Notes under the pieces: generated by a model
Databases searched by the model: none
Told to the model about the DNA's origin: nothing
Seen by the model: the letters and a program-made list of their open reading frames with translations, nothing else
Translations under genes and position numbers: made by a program
Assembly: GCF_964355755.1 (NCBI RefSeq)
Contig: NC_092670.1
Location: 31,174,388-31,238,387 of the forward strand
DNA length: 64,000 bases
Direction of reading: 5' to 3'
Source of the DNA: Antedon mediterranea
Taxonomy: Eukaryota > Animalia > Echinodermata
Shown: piece by piece, positions 24,069 through 36,400 of the stretch
Position numbering within the stretch: position 1 is the stretch's first letter
Layout: every line of letters starts with the position of its first letter

Positions 24069-27000
24069 TAGGCTAGTCAATCTAGCAAAAAAAACAGCCC
24101 AAAGTGAAACAAATTGCAAACAGAGATTTTTCTTTTTTAAATGGTCATATATAATGAGGAGATCAAAATTTGAGTATCACACCTCTGTCACTCATCCCGA
24201 TGATATGCAAATTAGCTTAAATATGCAAATTAGGGTGAAATTACAGGGTTACCATATCTCAAAAACTACTAGTCCCAGAGAGTTGATATTTTCACTGATC
24301 TATTCAAAATGTATATATTTATATTTACTCTAATGAAACATTTTACGAAAAAATGACCGGAAGTACAACATTTGACCTTCGACCCCATTTCCCAATGTTT
24401 GCATATACAATGTGACTAAAATGTCTGTAGAGACTTTATTTTGCCCTCAAATGACCCAGACATAGATTCCTAATAACCAGCATAGGATCACTTTGTAATT
24501 CCCAAAATCACACCTTTGTCACACACCTCAAAAGTATGCAAATTAGTAGTACAATTTAAATAAAATATGCAAATAAGGGGAAAAAATTACAGTTGTCCTA
24601 TATCTCGAAAACCACTAATGCTAGAGAGCTGATTTTTTCACAGCCGTATTCAAAATGTACATATTTCTATTTGCTCCAATGAAACATTTTACAAAAAATA
24701 GACCGGAAGTATGACATTTGACCCTCGACCCCATTTCTCAATATTGCATATATAAATGAAACTAAAATGTCTGTAGAGACTTTGTTTTGCCCTCAAATGA
24801 CTCCGATACAGGTTTCTAATAGCCAACATAGGACTGTTTAGTAGATCTCAAAATCACACCTGTATCACTCACCTCCAAAGTATGCAAATTATTAGTACAA
24901 GTTACATGAAATATGCAAATTAGAGGGTGAAATTAAAGGTTCCTATATATCAAAAACCACTAAGGCTAGAGAGTTGATTTTTTCAATAACTTGTTCAGAA
25001 TGTACATATTTATATTTACTCTAATGAAACATTTTACGAAAAAATGATCGGAAATACAACAATTGACCCTCGACCCCATTTATCAATGTTTGCATACATA
25101 ATGCGACTAAAATGTCTGTAGAGACTTTGTTTTGGACTCAAATAACTCGGATACATGTTTCCTATAGTCAGCATAGGACCGCTTTGTAATTCCCAAAATC
25201 ACGCCTTCATTTTGGCATGGTTGGAATTCCCTTTCTTCGTATTAGTTTATGTACAGCGCTTAGAGGTTTCACAACATTAGGCGCTATATAAATCCAGGAT
25301 ATTATTATTATTATTTCTCAATATTTGCATAATGCAACTAAAATGTATGTACAGACATTGTTTTAGCCTCAAATGACTCGGATACAGGTTTTATATAGCC
25401 AGTATAAGTCAAGCACCTCGAAAGGATGCAAATTTTGAGAATTACTAAACAGTTCTATGCTGGCTATAGAAAACCTGTATCTGGGTCATTATTGAAAAAA
25501 AATTATCGAAAGTATGACATTTGACCCCCTCGAACCTATTTCTCAATATTTGCATATAATGTAACTAAAATGTATGTACAGACTTTGTTTTGGCCTCAAA
25601 TGACTTGGATACAGGTTTTATATAGCCAGTATAGGATCGTTTAGTAATTCCAAAAAGTCAAGCAACTCGAAAGTATGCAAATTATTAGTACAACAAGTTA
25701 TATGAAATATGCAAATTACAGCCTTATGTATCTCGAAAAACGCTAATGACCGATAGAGATATGGCAACTTTCACCTCTTGTACTACTAATTTGCATATTT
25801 TCTAGGGAAGTAACAAAGGTGTGATTTTGAGAATTCTTTTGACAGTTCTATGCTGGCTATAGAAAACCTGTATCTGAGTCATTTGAGGCCAAAACAGTCT
25901 GTACAGATATTTTAGTTGAATTATATGAAAATATTGAGAAATAGGGTCAAGGGTCAAATGTCATAATTCAATCATGGCAATTTTTGCGTAAAATGTTTCA
26001 TTACAGCGAATCTAAATAATATGTACATTCTGAATCAACTCTGAATTCAAATCAACTCTCCAGCATTAATGGTTTTCGAGATATGGGAAGACTGTAATTT
26101 CACCCCTAATTTGCATATTTCATGTAACTTGTACTAATAATTTGTATACTGTCAAGGTATGTGACAAAGATGTGATTTTGGGAATTACAAAGCGGTCCTA
26201 TGCTGACAATAGGAAAACTGCATCCGAGTCATTTGAGTCCAAAAAAATTATCTACAGATATTTTAGTCGCATTATGTATGCAAACATTGATAAATAGGGT
26301 CAAGGGTCAATTGTTGTATTTCCGGTCATTTTTTCATGTTTCATTAGATCAAATATAAATATGTACATTCTGAACAAGTTTTTGAAAAAATCAACTCTCT
26401 ACCTTAGCGGTTTTCGATACATATAAGAACCTGTAATTTCACCCCCTAATTTGCATATTTCATGTAACTTGTACTAATAATTTGCATACTTTGAAGGTGA
26501 GTGATACAGGTGTGATTTTGAGATTTACTAAACATTCCTATGTTGGCTATTAGAAACCTGTATCCGAGTCATTTGAGGGCAAAACAAAGTCTCTACAGAC
26601 ATTTTAGTTTTCATTATATATGCAATATTGAGAAATGGGGTCGAGGGTCAAATGTCATAGTTCCGGGCATTTTTTTGTAAAATGTCTCATTACAGCAAAT
26701 ATAAATATATACATTTTAAATATTTTAGTGAAAAAATCAACACTCTAGCATTAGCGGTTTTCGAGATATGGCAACGCTGTAATTTCACTCCCTAATTTGC
26801 ATATTTAATATTACTTGTACTACTAATTTGCATACTTTCGAGGTGCATGACGAAGTTGTGATTTTAGGAATTATAATACAGTTCTATGGTGGGTATTGAA
26901 AAACAATATCCAAGTCATTGAGTCCAAAATAAAGTCTCTACAGACATTTTAATCACATATTTATGTAAATATTGAGAAATGGGGTCAAGGGTCAAAATTT

Positions 27001-27290
27001 GGTACTTCCGGACATTTTTATGTAAAATGTCTCATTAGAGCAAATATAAATATATATATTCTGAACCAGACTGTGCATAAATGAACTCTCTACGATTAGT
27101 AGTTTTTAAGATATGGTAACCCTGTAATTTCACCCTAATTTGCATATTTAAGCTAATTTGCATACCTTCGGGATGAGTGTCAGAGGTGTGATGCTCAAAA
27201 AATAATCACCTTATCATAATATGTAACCATTTAAAAAAAAAATCTCTGTTTGCAATTTGTTTCACTCAAAATGCTAGATTGACTAGCCTA
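24069..27290. mobile_element. Non-autonomous Academ-like foldback element (3.2 kb palindrome)
   Basis: TIR TAGGCTAGTCAATCTAGC / GCTAGATTGACTAGCCTA; 3-bp TSD TTA; arms built of ~360-bp subrepeats in inverted orientation. Confidence 0.8.
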
Positions 27291-27447
27291 TTACTCATTA
27301 AAAGTATATTGTTTTTGTTAATAAACGTGATAAAATTGTCAGTGCTAAAAGTTGAATGTGATAATAGTGCATCAGTAGAAGTCAGCAAACGTGGGTCTCG
27401 TGCTTCTGTAATTGCATGATGATAAGAAATTCTAAGAGTAAATATTA

Positions 27448-30400
27448 TTAGCCGTACTTAACATGCACAGTCATAATGTAAGCTTCCTTACTCACAGCTG
27501 AAAATACAAATAAAATAAATAATATTATCATGGCTGAACTATATAAAAATATGGAAATAGTTCACTCACTCTCATAATTTACACAACCGTCGCTTGTATA
27601 GTATACTATACTGCCGTACTTTGAGAAAAGGGCTTCTTAAGTAAAAACAACATTTTTTTTAAATTCAGATTCTTGTCTTTTTTGACTTAGGGGTATACTC
27701 TATCACTTAAATTGACCAGTTGTCCCAAAATATGTCTATAAATATGAAATTTATGATAATAATTATTATTATTGGAGCTTATCTTCAAACACCAATAGAA
27801 ATAATTTGACAAAAAGGCCTCAACTACAGTAATTGACCAACCAGATAGCAGTATAAGGAATATATAATTAGGCAGATTAATGCTTTTAGGAGAAAAGCCT
27901 TTTTCATATATTTTGTAAATTGTTTTTTTTTTTTTGTCTTGTGTGGGTTTGTGACACTTTTATTATAGTTCTATAAATATAATAATATATGTATATATGC
28001 ACATTTATATAGTTCTCTTATTTATAAGGTACATTGTTAAAAAAATACATATCTTTTGAACAGTATATACATAAGACTAAGATTTTGATGTTAAAAAGTA
28101 ACCACATTTACATTCATATACATTTTTAAAAATACATTTTTGTAAATTGTTTACAAATTACCTGATCTAAATTACAGTTATAATTTATTTTAACTAAAGT
28201 TACTTAGTGTTTCGGTAAATTTTCATAAAAAATCAAACAAAATAACTGCAAAAGTGCCCTGTTTTCGAAGTATATCCCGCCATTTTTATGTACAAATAAT
28301 TTGAGAAAATGCTTTATCTGCAATTTGAACCCCAAAAATAAAAAATAATAATAATAATTTAAAATTATTATTATATTTTTTAATAATGTACTTTTGAAAT
28401 ATATTCATTTAAAAATAAAATACTACATCAACTTTTGTAATAAAAAAAATGTTTTGGTTAATTTACTCATAAGTAGCTTTTTGTAGATAAGCCCTTTTCT
28501 CAAAGTACGGCAGTATAAAGATAAAAATAATTCCATTGATATCATTTGTTGTAATAAGCATGTTTGGATGTTATGATCCATAATATTAAAGTGATTACAG
28601 ATTGTAAATGAATACTCGAAATATTATACTTATATATATTTATACTTATTTATATTATAAATATTGTACTAGGTGTCACGAAACCTAAGATCACGAAAAT
28701 TAAGACCCACTAAGACCTTATATATCACGAAACCTAAGACCCAAGACCTTACATTGCCAATAGATCTCTATCGCACCTATCTTGTACTTTAACTCTAAAT
28801 TTGTTAACCATGCTTTATCCTGAATACCACACTTTAGAATTACTACTTTTATGAAGAAGAATCAATAAAATAACAAAGAATAAATAACATTTTACAGACG
28901 TTTTTTCATGCGAATTCCGCATACTCCAAATATGATCAATATTTTCGTTTCTATGGAACGCCAAAAGAGCAACATTAATGGAGAGCTAAAAACTATGTGG
29001 AATCCATCTATTTAACGGATTTTTGTTGGTGAAAATCATGTTCAATTTAATATATTTTGTCACTGTCAATACAAATAAAATATTACTGTTGATACTTTAC
29101 ATGGTTTTGTTAAATTTAAGAAAAAAATCGACAAATTCATATATCCCTCTTAGGTCGCCCTTATAACTAGGCCTAAGGTAAGTAGTGATGCTGATTTTAA
29201 GACCGATTAATATTCTTTGAAAACAGAAAAGTATCAGCAGTAACATATTACAGAATTTTTATTTACAAAATATATTTAAATTAAACGTGCATTTCACCAA
29301 CAAATGCATTAAAAGTAGACGCATTCCACTCCATTTGGAGTCAAAATACAAGGCAGGTGCGAAAAGGAAACACCCCTGAAACCAATGCAATGGAGTAAAT
29401 ATATATCAACAAACAAACAGTCGAGTTTGTTTGTTGTGAAACAAAGGTATATATTTACTCAACCGGTGAAAATAATGTGAGTTTATTTCTGTCTGTAATC
29501 TATATATAAATTTACGTAAGGGCAAAATTCGGTAAATCGCGCCTTACTTTTAGAATTTCTACTCGATGGTATGTAAAGTTGGTTCGTACTTTCGGTACTG
29601 ATTTTAACCACCTGATGTAACCCTGTTTACTAATTAAATTAAGTTAGATAATTAGTTATTGACGATTAAAACGAATTTAGGTTCAAAGATTTGCCCCAAA
29701 TAGGGGTGTTTTCCGATCGTGGTATACACTGTCTAATGGATGTCCATCTTGAAAAATACCCGCCACAAAAATGCGAAGAGGCTTCGCATTTTCCTATCTC
29801 CTCCTACGATAATTGTTTTTAATAGCTGAAAACCGGTTGAACAGCTCGAGTACAGTATCATAATGTTGAAGACAGGCCGATTTTCTTTAAAAAATATTAT
29901 TTTGATAGATTTAATATACATTTATACAAATGTATTGATTTGCGAAGAATGAAACATTCCAATCTCTGTGTCGTTCCACAAGTTTCTATTCCCCCAGGCG
30001 TCGTAAAGGAAAGTACTGTACATTGTATACTCATAACAGAAATTCGATCCATTTTTTTTTTCAATCTGTGCTGCAGAGGTTGGATATAATTTTTTTTAAA
30101 CGGATAATGAGCTAGCGTTTTCAGTCGCAGTATATTTATGTACAAATCTTTATTATTGCAGTTAAACCACCCACATCATCACCCTTCCCTCACTGGCATG
30201 AGTAGCGTTGTAAAGCCAGTAGAGGATAGGCCTACAGTGCATCACATGCCCCAAACGCAGAACAACTTTGGTGGGTAGGGTAGGAACCAACTTAAGTATG
30301 AATTAGCTCTAAGAAACAATTGAAAACCATTAGGCCTACTAATTAAGTTGAGTTAGATAATTTAATATTTATTGAAGATTAAATCGAATTTATGATTTGC

Positions 30401-33400
30401 CCCGAATAGAGGTGGTTTTCACAAATTGTTATACATTATATAAACATATACACGTCGTAGTGATGTGTCGTTATACACGTACTGTACTTTTCAATCGACT
30501 AGAACGGTGATAGTTTCAAAAAAGTATTACATCGCAATGTTTTACTGTGTTTAGTGGTATATTATTTGTAAAACATGAAAACAATTAATATTTCGTTACT
30601 AAATAAATAAAGAATAAATAGATAAAGAATATATTTAAAAACTGTTCCTCTTTGCACCATCCTCTTCCCCATCCCTCAACCCTAATGTTACATATAAAAC
30701 ACAAATTAAGTTTGTTTAAATTTGACTTAAACAATTGGTCTCATTTTGTGACAAGTTTCTTTTTCGGAAGTAATTCCCAGGGTGCTAATTTTAGTTGAGT
30801 ACATAAATCACAGTGTCTATTTATTCGTTCCTGTAAACGACATGTATTATTGTCCTGCGGTACGTACATTTGAAATCGCCAGTTTTTTAAACGCTGATAT
30901 TATTAGTATTCGAGAACCATCTGTAGGCACGACCTAGATGGTACGCGAGCGAAGCGAGCGTACCATCTAGTAAATATTTAATTAAATTTATGGTAAAAAG
31001 CATTAATAAATGAAACCTACTATGTTTAAAAGTATGTATAGATTCACAATTATTGTTTTTAAGCTGTCGTATATTCAAAATTCAAATTCAAAATTGTATT
31101 AACATTCACCTTAACATCAAGGTATGGTTAACAACAACATTAAAAAAAATAAACAAAGATATAAAAGAAAAAGCAATAATAATAAAAGCATTCAATGAGC
31201 ATGTATGTTGCATAAAGGTCGCTCAGTATCAGGTGGAGGCCTGAATAGTCGAGCGCCTTTCAAACGCCGAACATACATACTTCATCACTGGCTTGATGAT
31301 ATCAGGATCAATTGCACCCATAATAAATATAAACTTATCATTTTGTGACATATTTTTTAAGTTTAGATTAAAATCTAGATCCGAGAATAATGCCGTTCTG
31401 ATGTCATCATAAATGGGGCAATATAGCATGAAGTGGATCTCATCTTCAATATCGCCACCTTATAATTTGTAATCTAAGGTCTTGGGTCTAACATTTCGTG
31501 ATCTTATGTTTCGTGACACCCGTATTATGTAGGGGTATGTAAGACAGATTCATAAAACAACAAAAACCAATAATAATCTACTTCTAGAGTCTTTCGTCGA
31601 GCTACTCAGCTTGACAGTTACTGTGTGTTATCTTGACGACGTACTCCACCGCAGTCACCGTGCGTCTAGCAATTACAAGAGTAGCTATGTAGATCTACGA
31701 AACTTATCAGACGTAAGTTCGTATTGGTTTATTTTTTATGAATTTGGCTTAGTAACCTATAGTATACATACACTGAAACCAGATGAAATCAATTTTACAT
31801 TGGAGAGTAATATAGTGTGTGAAATATCCTTGTATTTTTAACCTTGTTTTTAATAGACCACAAGTTTATTTTTTTTTTATTATGTAAGGGAAATGTAAAT
31901 CCCAGGTGAAACAAAATTTATAACCCGAGGCATGGGTGAAATTAAGCGCTTATTTTAACCACCGTACGAACACGACCACTGATATTAAGAATTAAATAAA
32001 GGCCATGATCATCTTTATTTTACTTACAGCCATTACGAAATGTCTCTGCCTCGTCAGATAAGCTGAATAAGAATGCTGGTGTGGGAAGATTTTGTTCCCA
32101 TTCACATGATAACGGTGTATCAATAACAACTAGCCATCCTTTATCAACTTCGCATCCACCATAATGTTTATTAACATAGAACACTCGTTTTATCCTGTAG
32201 TAAATTAAAATAAATATAATATAATGTTATCTTTAATTTAATATTTCTAAACTAATATAGTTTTGTTACTTATTTATAAATGTAATTCAATGATTTTAAG
32301 CAAATTTTAATTTTTCTTTTAATTGTTATTACAATAATAAGGGATTGTCAGTGTAGTATAAGATGTGTATAGTTCTACTTGTTATGTTTTATATTTTGCT
32401 TATCATGTGCAATAACAGGTTCTTACACTTAAAGCTATAAGCTATAGAGTTGGTAATTATTTCACATAAACATACATATTGTAACATGCTATTAATTTAG
32501 CTTCTATAAATTGAAAAACAAATATATAATGAAATTGAATTAATTACTATTTACCATTGTTTTGCATTTAAATTTTCCCGGTGTGAAAACAAAATTTATA
32601 TTAGGTCAAGGGAAGAGTGAAATTACTCTTCTCTTGTGGGCCTAATTCCAAAATGTTCATATGCATACGAAAAGAAAAACAGATTTAATACTTACTGTTC
32701 ACCTGCTATGCTGAAGTGATTATTCTCTACACCATGCTTTAAATCATCCCAAGGTGAATCAAGAAGATTTTCCATTGAAAACCAAGATGTTTTAGTCGTT
32801 GTTCTTCCGTTGAATGTCAAATGTATAAGCTCAACATACAATTTAGAATACAGCGTTAACTTCACCTATACATACATTATTAGCGATTGTTAATATGTAC
32901 ATTATATTTCGTTAATAGTGACTAGTATAATTATGTACAAATTATACTATGAACACACGTTAAAAAAGGGTGATAAAGGTAGATTAAAGAAGTTTGTTGG
33001 ATATTTTTTCAGTAGAACTAATACAGAGTTTTAACAAATACGTTAATGACAACAGAGAAGGAATAAGAGGATGTTTAAGAGCTAATTGAATGATCGCTCT
33101 TGTATTTAGAAAAATACGACATTATAGTATAATAGTAGAGTAGAGTAAGTAAGTAATGTGTAGCTACTTACCTCAATAATGTTCGAACACGTCCAGTTTT
33201 CAAAAAGTTTGTTCAATCTGAAGTTTTCTGAAGAATCAAATGATTTAGCAAAGCATGATTCTGATGTTTGAGTTCCATTGACAAAAGACTCATAAATGGA
33301 AACTCCAGTACCCGACATGCCTTTGAATATCAAGTTCCATTCTAAAAAAGAATTAGCATGAATGAGTAAGTTTCTCTATTCTGTATGTTATACCAGAGAA

Positions 33401-36400
33401 GAGTGAAATTACAAATTACAATTTCACTCATCCCTGGTTATAGAATACATTTGCATAGATTTACGTAAGAGCAAATTCTGTAAATCGCACGATACTTTTA
33501 TAATTTGCTATGCTATACAATGTTGGTAAATACTTTCGGTACTGATTTTACCCACCCGATTTAACCATGTTTACTAATTAGTTAGGTAATTAGTTATTGA
33601 CCTTTAAAACGAATTTAGGTTAAACTTTACAAACTGCTTGTCAATATGCTGAAACATACCCCCACAATACAACAATAACAATACATGTTTTTATTGCTAG
33701 AAACCGGTTAACAGCTCGAGTACAACATCTAATTAATGTTGAAAGATGTATGTCCACATGAAAAAAAAATAATTTTTTTAATTGTTGTTGTTGAATATGC
33801 CATTTTAATTTCACATAATAGTTCTCCACTTTGAGCAAAAATTCAACCGAAAAAAAAAACTATTAATTACATGAAAAACTGTAATTTAAAGCAAATTGGG
33901 TGCCAGCCAATTAGGATTTTTCGTTGAATTTGTGACCATTTATTTTGTATCACCCAAAATTCATGAAATGTATCACAACAAAAATGTGGTTTCAATTAAA
34001 CCATTTTTCAAGTCAATGTTCAGTTGAGTTATGTTTTTTTGCGCTGAGTTTTCAGAATGATGATGATCGACCCGTACCGGTAATATAATTTACACATTTT
34101 TAAGCAATCTTTTATGGTTACGGCATTTTAATTCTCTCGAGTCGAGTATTTCTATGACACTAATATGAAGTGGTTATAAACCGAATGTCGGCAACGAGCA
34201 AACTGGCCCGCGTGAAAATTAATAAGGTTCTTAATGATGCAACCTAGTCTAGGGCATGTATATGCCCTTTTTACTCGGGGTACCCGAGTCTAGTACTTAC
34301 TCATTTTCTCCTTCTCTTCCTCCATCTGGACACTATTGAGTAAAAAGTGCGATTTTTAAAGTACTACTCCTCCCTTATTCGTTATAGTATTGAGCTGGGA
34401 TTTGGCATGAACATACTACAGGGACATGTCCTTGTAACGGTAGTCGTGTCGAGGGCCAAGACAATAACGATGGCACCCAATTATTCAATGTACAAAATAT
34501 AATATTTATTCAATCAAAAAGTAATATTATAAAACAATGTGAAACGTAGTGATTCTGACTGATGTTATAGTCTCAAGAATCAATACCCGAACTAACTAAC
34601 TTAACTACAAAACATATATTTATATTAAGGGGACAGGAAGGATGACTAATTAAATGGTACCACATCCTGATTGACTTTCCTTGGAAGACCCACCTCAGGA
34701 ATCTAGTGTTCCAAGTTAAGTAGACATCGGGGAGAGTAAGGGGTGAATAGCCTGTGTGACTAATAGGGTTTGGTCCCACCATGTTACATTCCCCCGCTCG
34801 TCAATTCGAAGCCGTGTCTTCGAAACCAACGAGTCACTGAGGCAAAAATGTATTGAGAAACAAACTTAACGACGAACATCTTAAATCTAAACAAAAGAAA
34901 ACGTAACGCAAATCATCACCAATCAATAAATCGGCAAACGTGGCAAAACATACAAAAGTAAAAGTAAAATTGGTAAAAGTTCTGAAATTAAAAGTCATAA
35001 TAAAAATATAAAGCGTTCATAAATAATATATAGTTCAGCAAACATGTTCAGTTGAAAATGAAAGTCAGCAGGTCATAAATGTAGTAACTCGATCCTGTAT
35101 TTACTCCTGATGGATCCATCAATCAGCTGTTGCCTAGAAACAAGTTGACCTGCTTCCCAAAATTCAGTTCATAACAAAAAAATTTGAGAACGACATAATT
35201 GCAGTTGACGGCCACTATATCTTGAAGAAAATCTTTAAAAAGTGTACATTTCTGGATTCAAGTTTCTCATCAATCCGAGGAATAAAGTGAAATAGTTTAT
35301 CAATAAGTAATTCTCATGTAAGTGTTAAAAGTTTCTTGTGATCCATTATAATTAACTTCATTCAGGGAACATAGTTGTGAAAAGCTTCTTGTACCCAATG
35401 GACAGGAGGGGAGAACCAATAAAACACAATTCAACATACACATCATCATGACAGTGGCAGTAAACTTAATACTACATTTAACTAAATCCAATCTGATAAG
35501 TAAATAAGCGTATTATATTTAAGATTATCCATACAAGATGAAATTGATTTTACAAAATTACTGAAAAAAGGCACTCTTAACTACTGTACTGTACATATAA
35601 TCATTGTTTTGTTTCTGTGGACGTTCATTATATAACCGTAGTAAATTAATGTGGTATGTTTTGTGTTTGTTACCAACTAGTATTTCATAATTAACATCAC
35701 TGAAAACTTTAGAGATAGGATAGGGACCTTGCCATTTAGATTTAACTTTCGATGTGTCATCTGGGAGGAGAATTAATACTTTCTGACCAACCTTAAATTT
35801 TCGAGGCAATGTTTTCTTATCATAATAATGTTTCTGTTTCGCTTGGGCTTGTTTAACGTTGGTCCTAGCAATGTCATTTTTCTTGACAATGTGGTACAAT
35901 CTTGGGGGACAATCAGTGATTGGGGACGTTTTAACATTAAGAGCAGCAGCTAAATTAATAGCCTCTTGTCTTTCTTGGTTATGGGCTTCTTTTCTGGTAA
36001 TAGCTAATATAGAAGGGGGCCAAGTGACGTCGTTGGGGTTACCGGTCATAACTTCGTTGCCAAGTAATAAGTCTTTAGGAGTGTCATTACTCACGGCTGC
36101 CTTTAATTTTCCTTTATAAGCCTTACAATCAATATGTACGTGTACAACTGGGAGGGTTACGTATTGACCAGTAAAGCCTTGTATGGTAACAGTTTCACTG
36201 GTATAATCCTTGGGTTTAACAAAAGTACTTTTTACAATGCTTTGGGAGCACCCAGTGTCTCTAAGTATTTCGGCCTGTCTGTTGTTAATTGTACCAGACA
36301 GTAACCATGGGCTGGTCCCACAATTGTGTTTAATATACAGGCCTAGTCATTGATCTTTTGCAGGGTTGTTGTTAAGTGGGCATTGTCGACTAATGTGGCC

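Larger units (their letters stand above)
28671..31521. mobile_element. TIR element (MULE-like?) hosting a Helitron and a LINE tail
   Basis: GGTGTCACGAAACCTAAGATCACGAAA / TTTCGTGATCTTATGTTTCGTGACACCC. No clean TSD. Same family begins again at 63348. Confidence 0.6.

Noticed and set aside
19519-30296. 750-bp inverted repeats as TIRs of one 10.8-kb element
   Set aside because: The right copy continues to a Helitron hairpin-CTAG end; these are two independent Helitron copies.
32028-32194. Suspected frameshift in exon 7 of the PAN gene
   Set aside because: On re-reading it is open: DTPLSCEWE.
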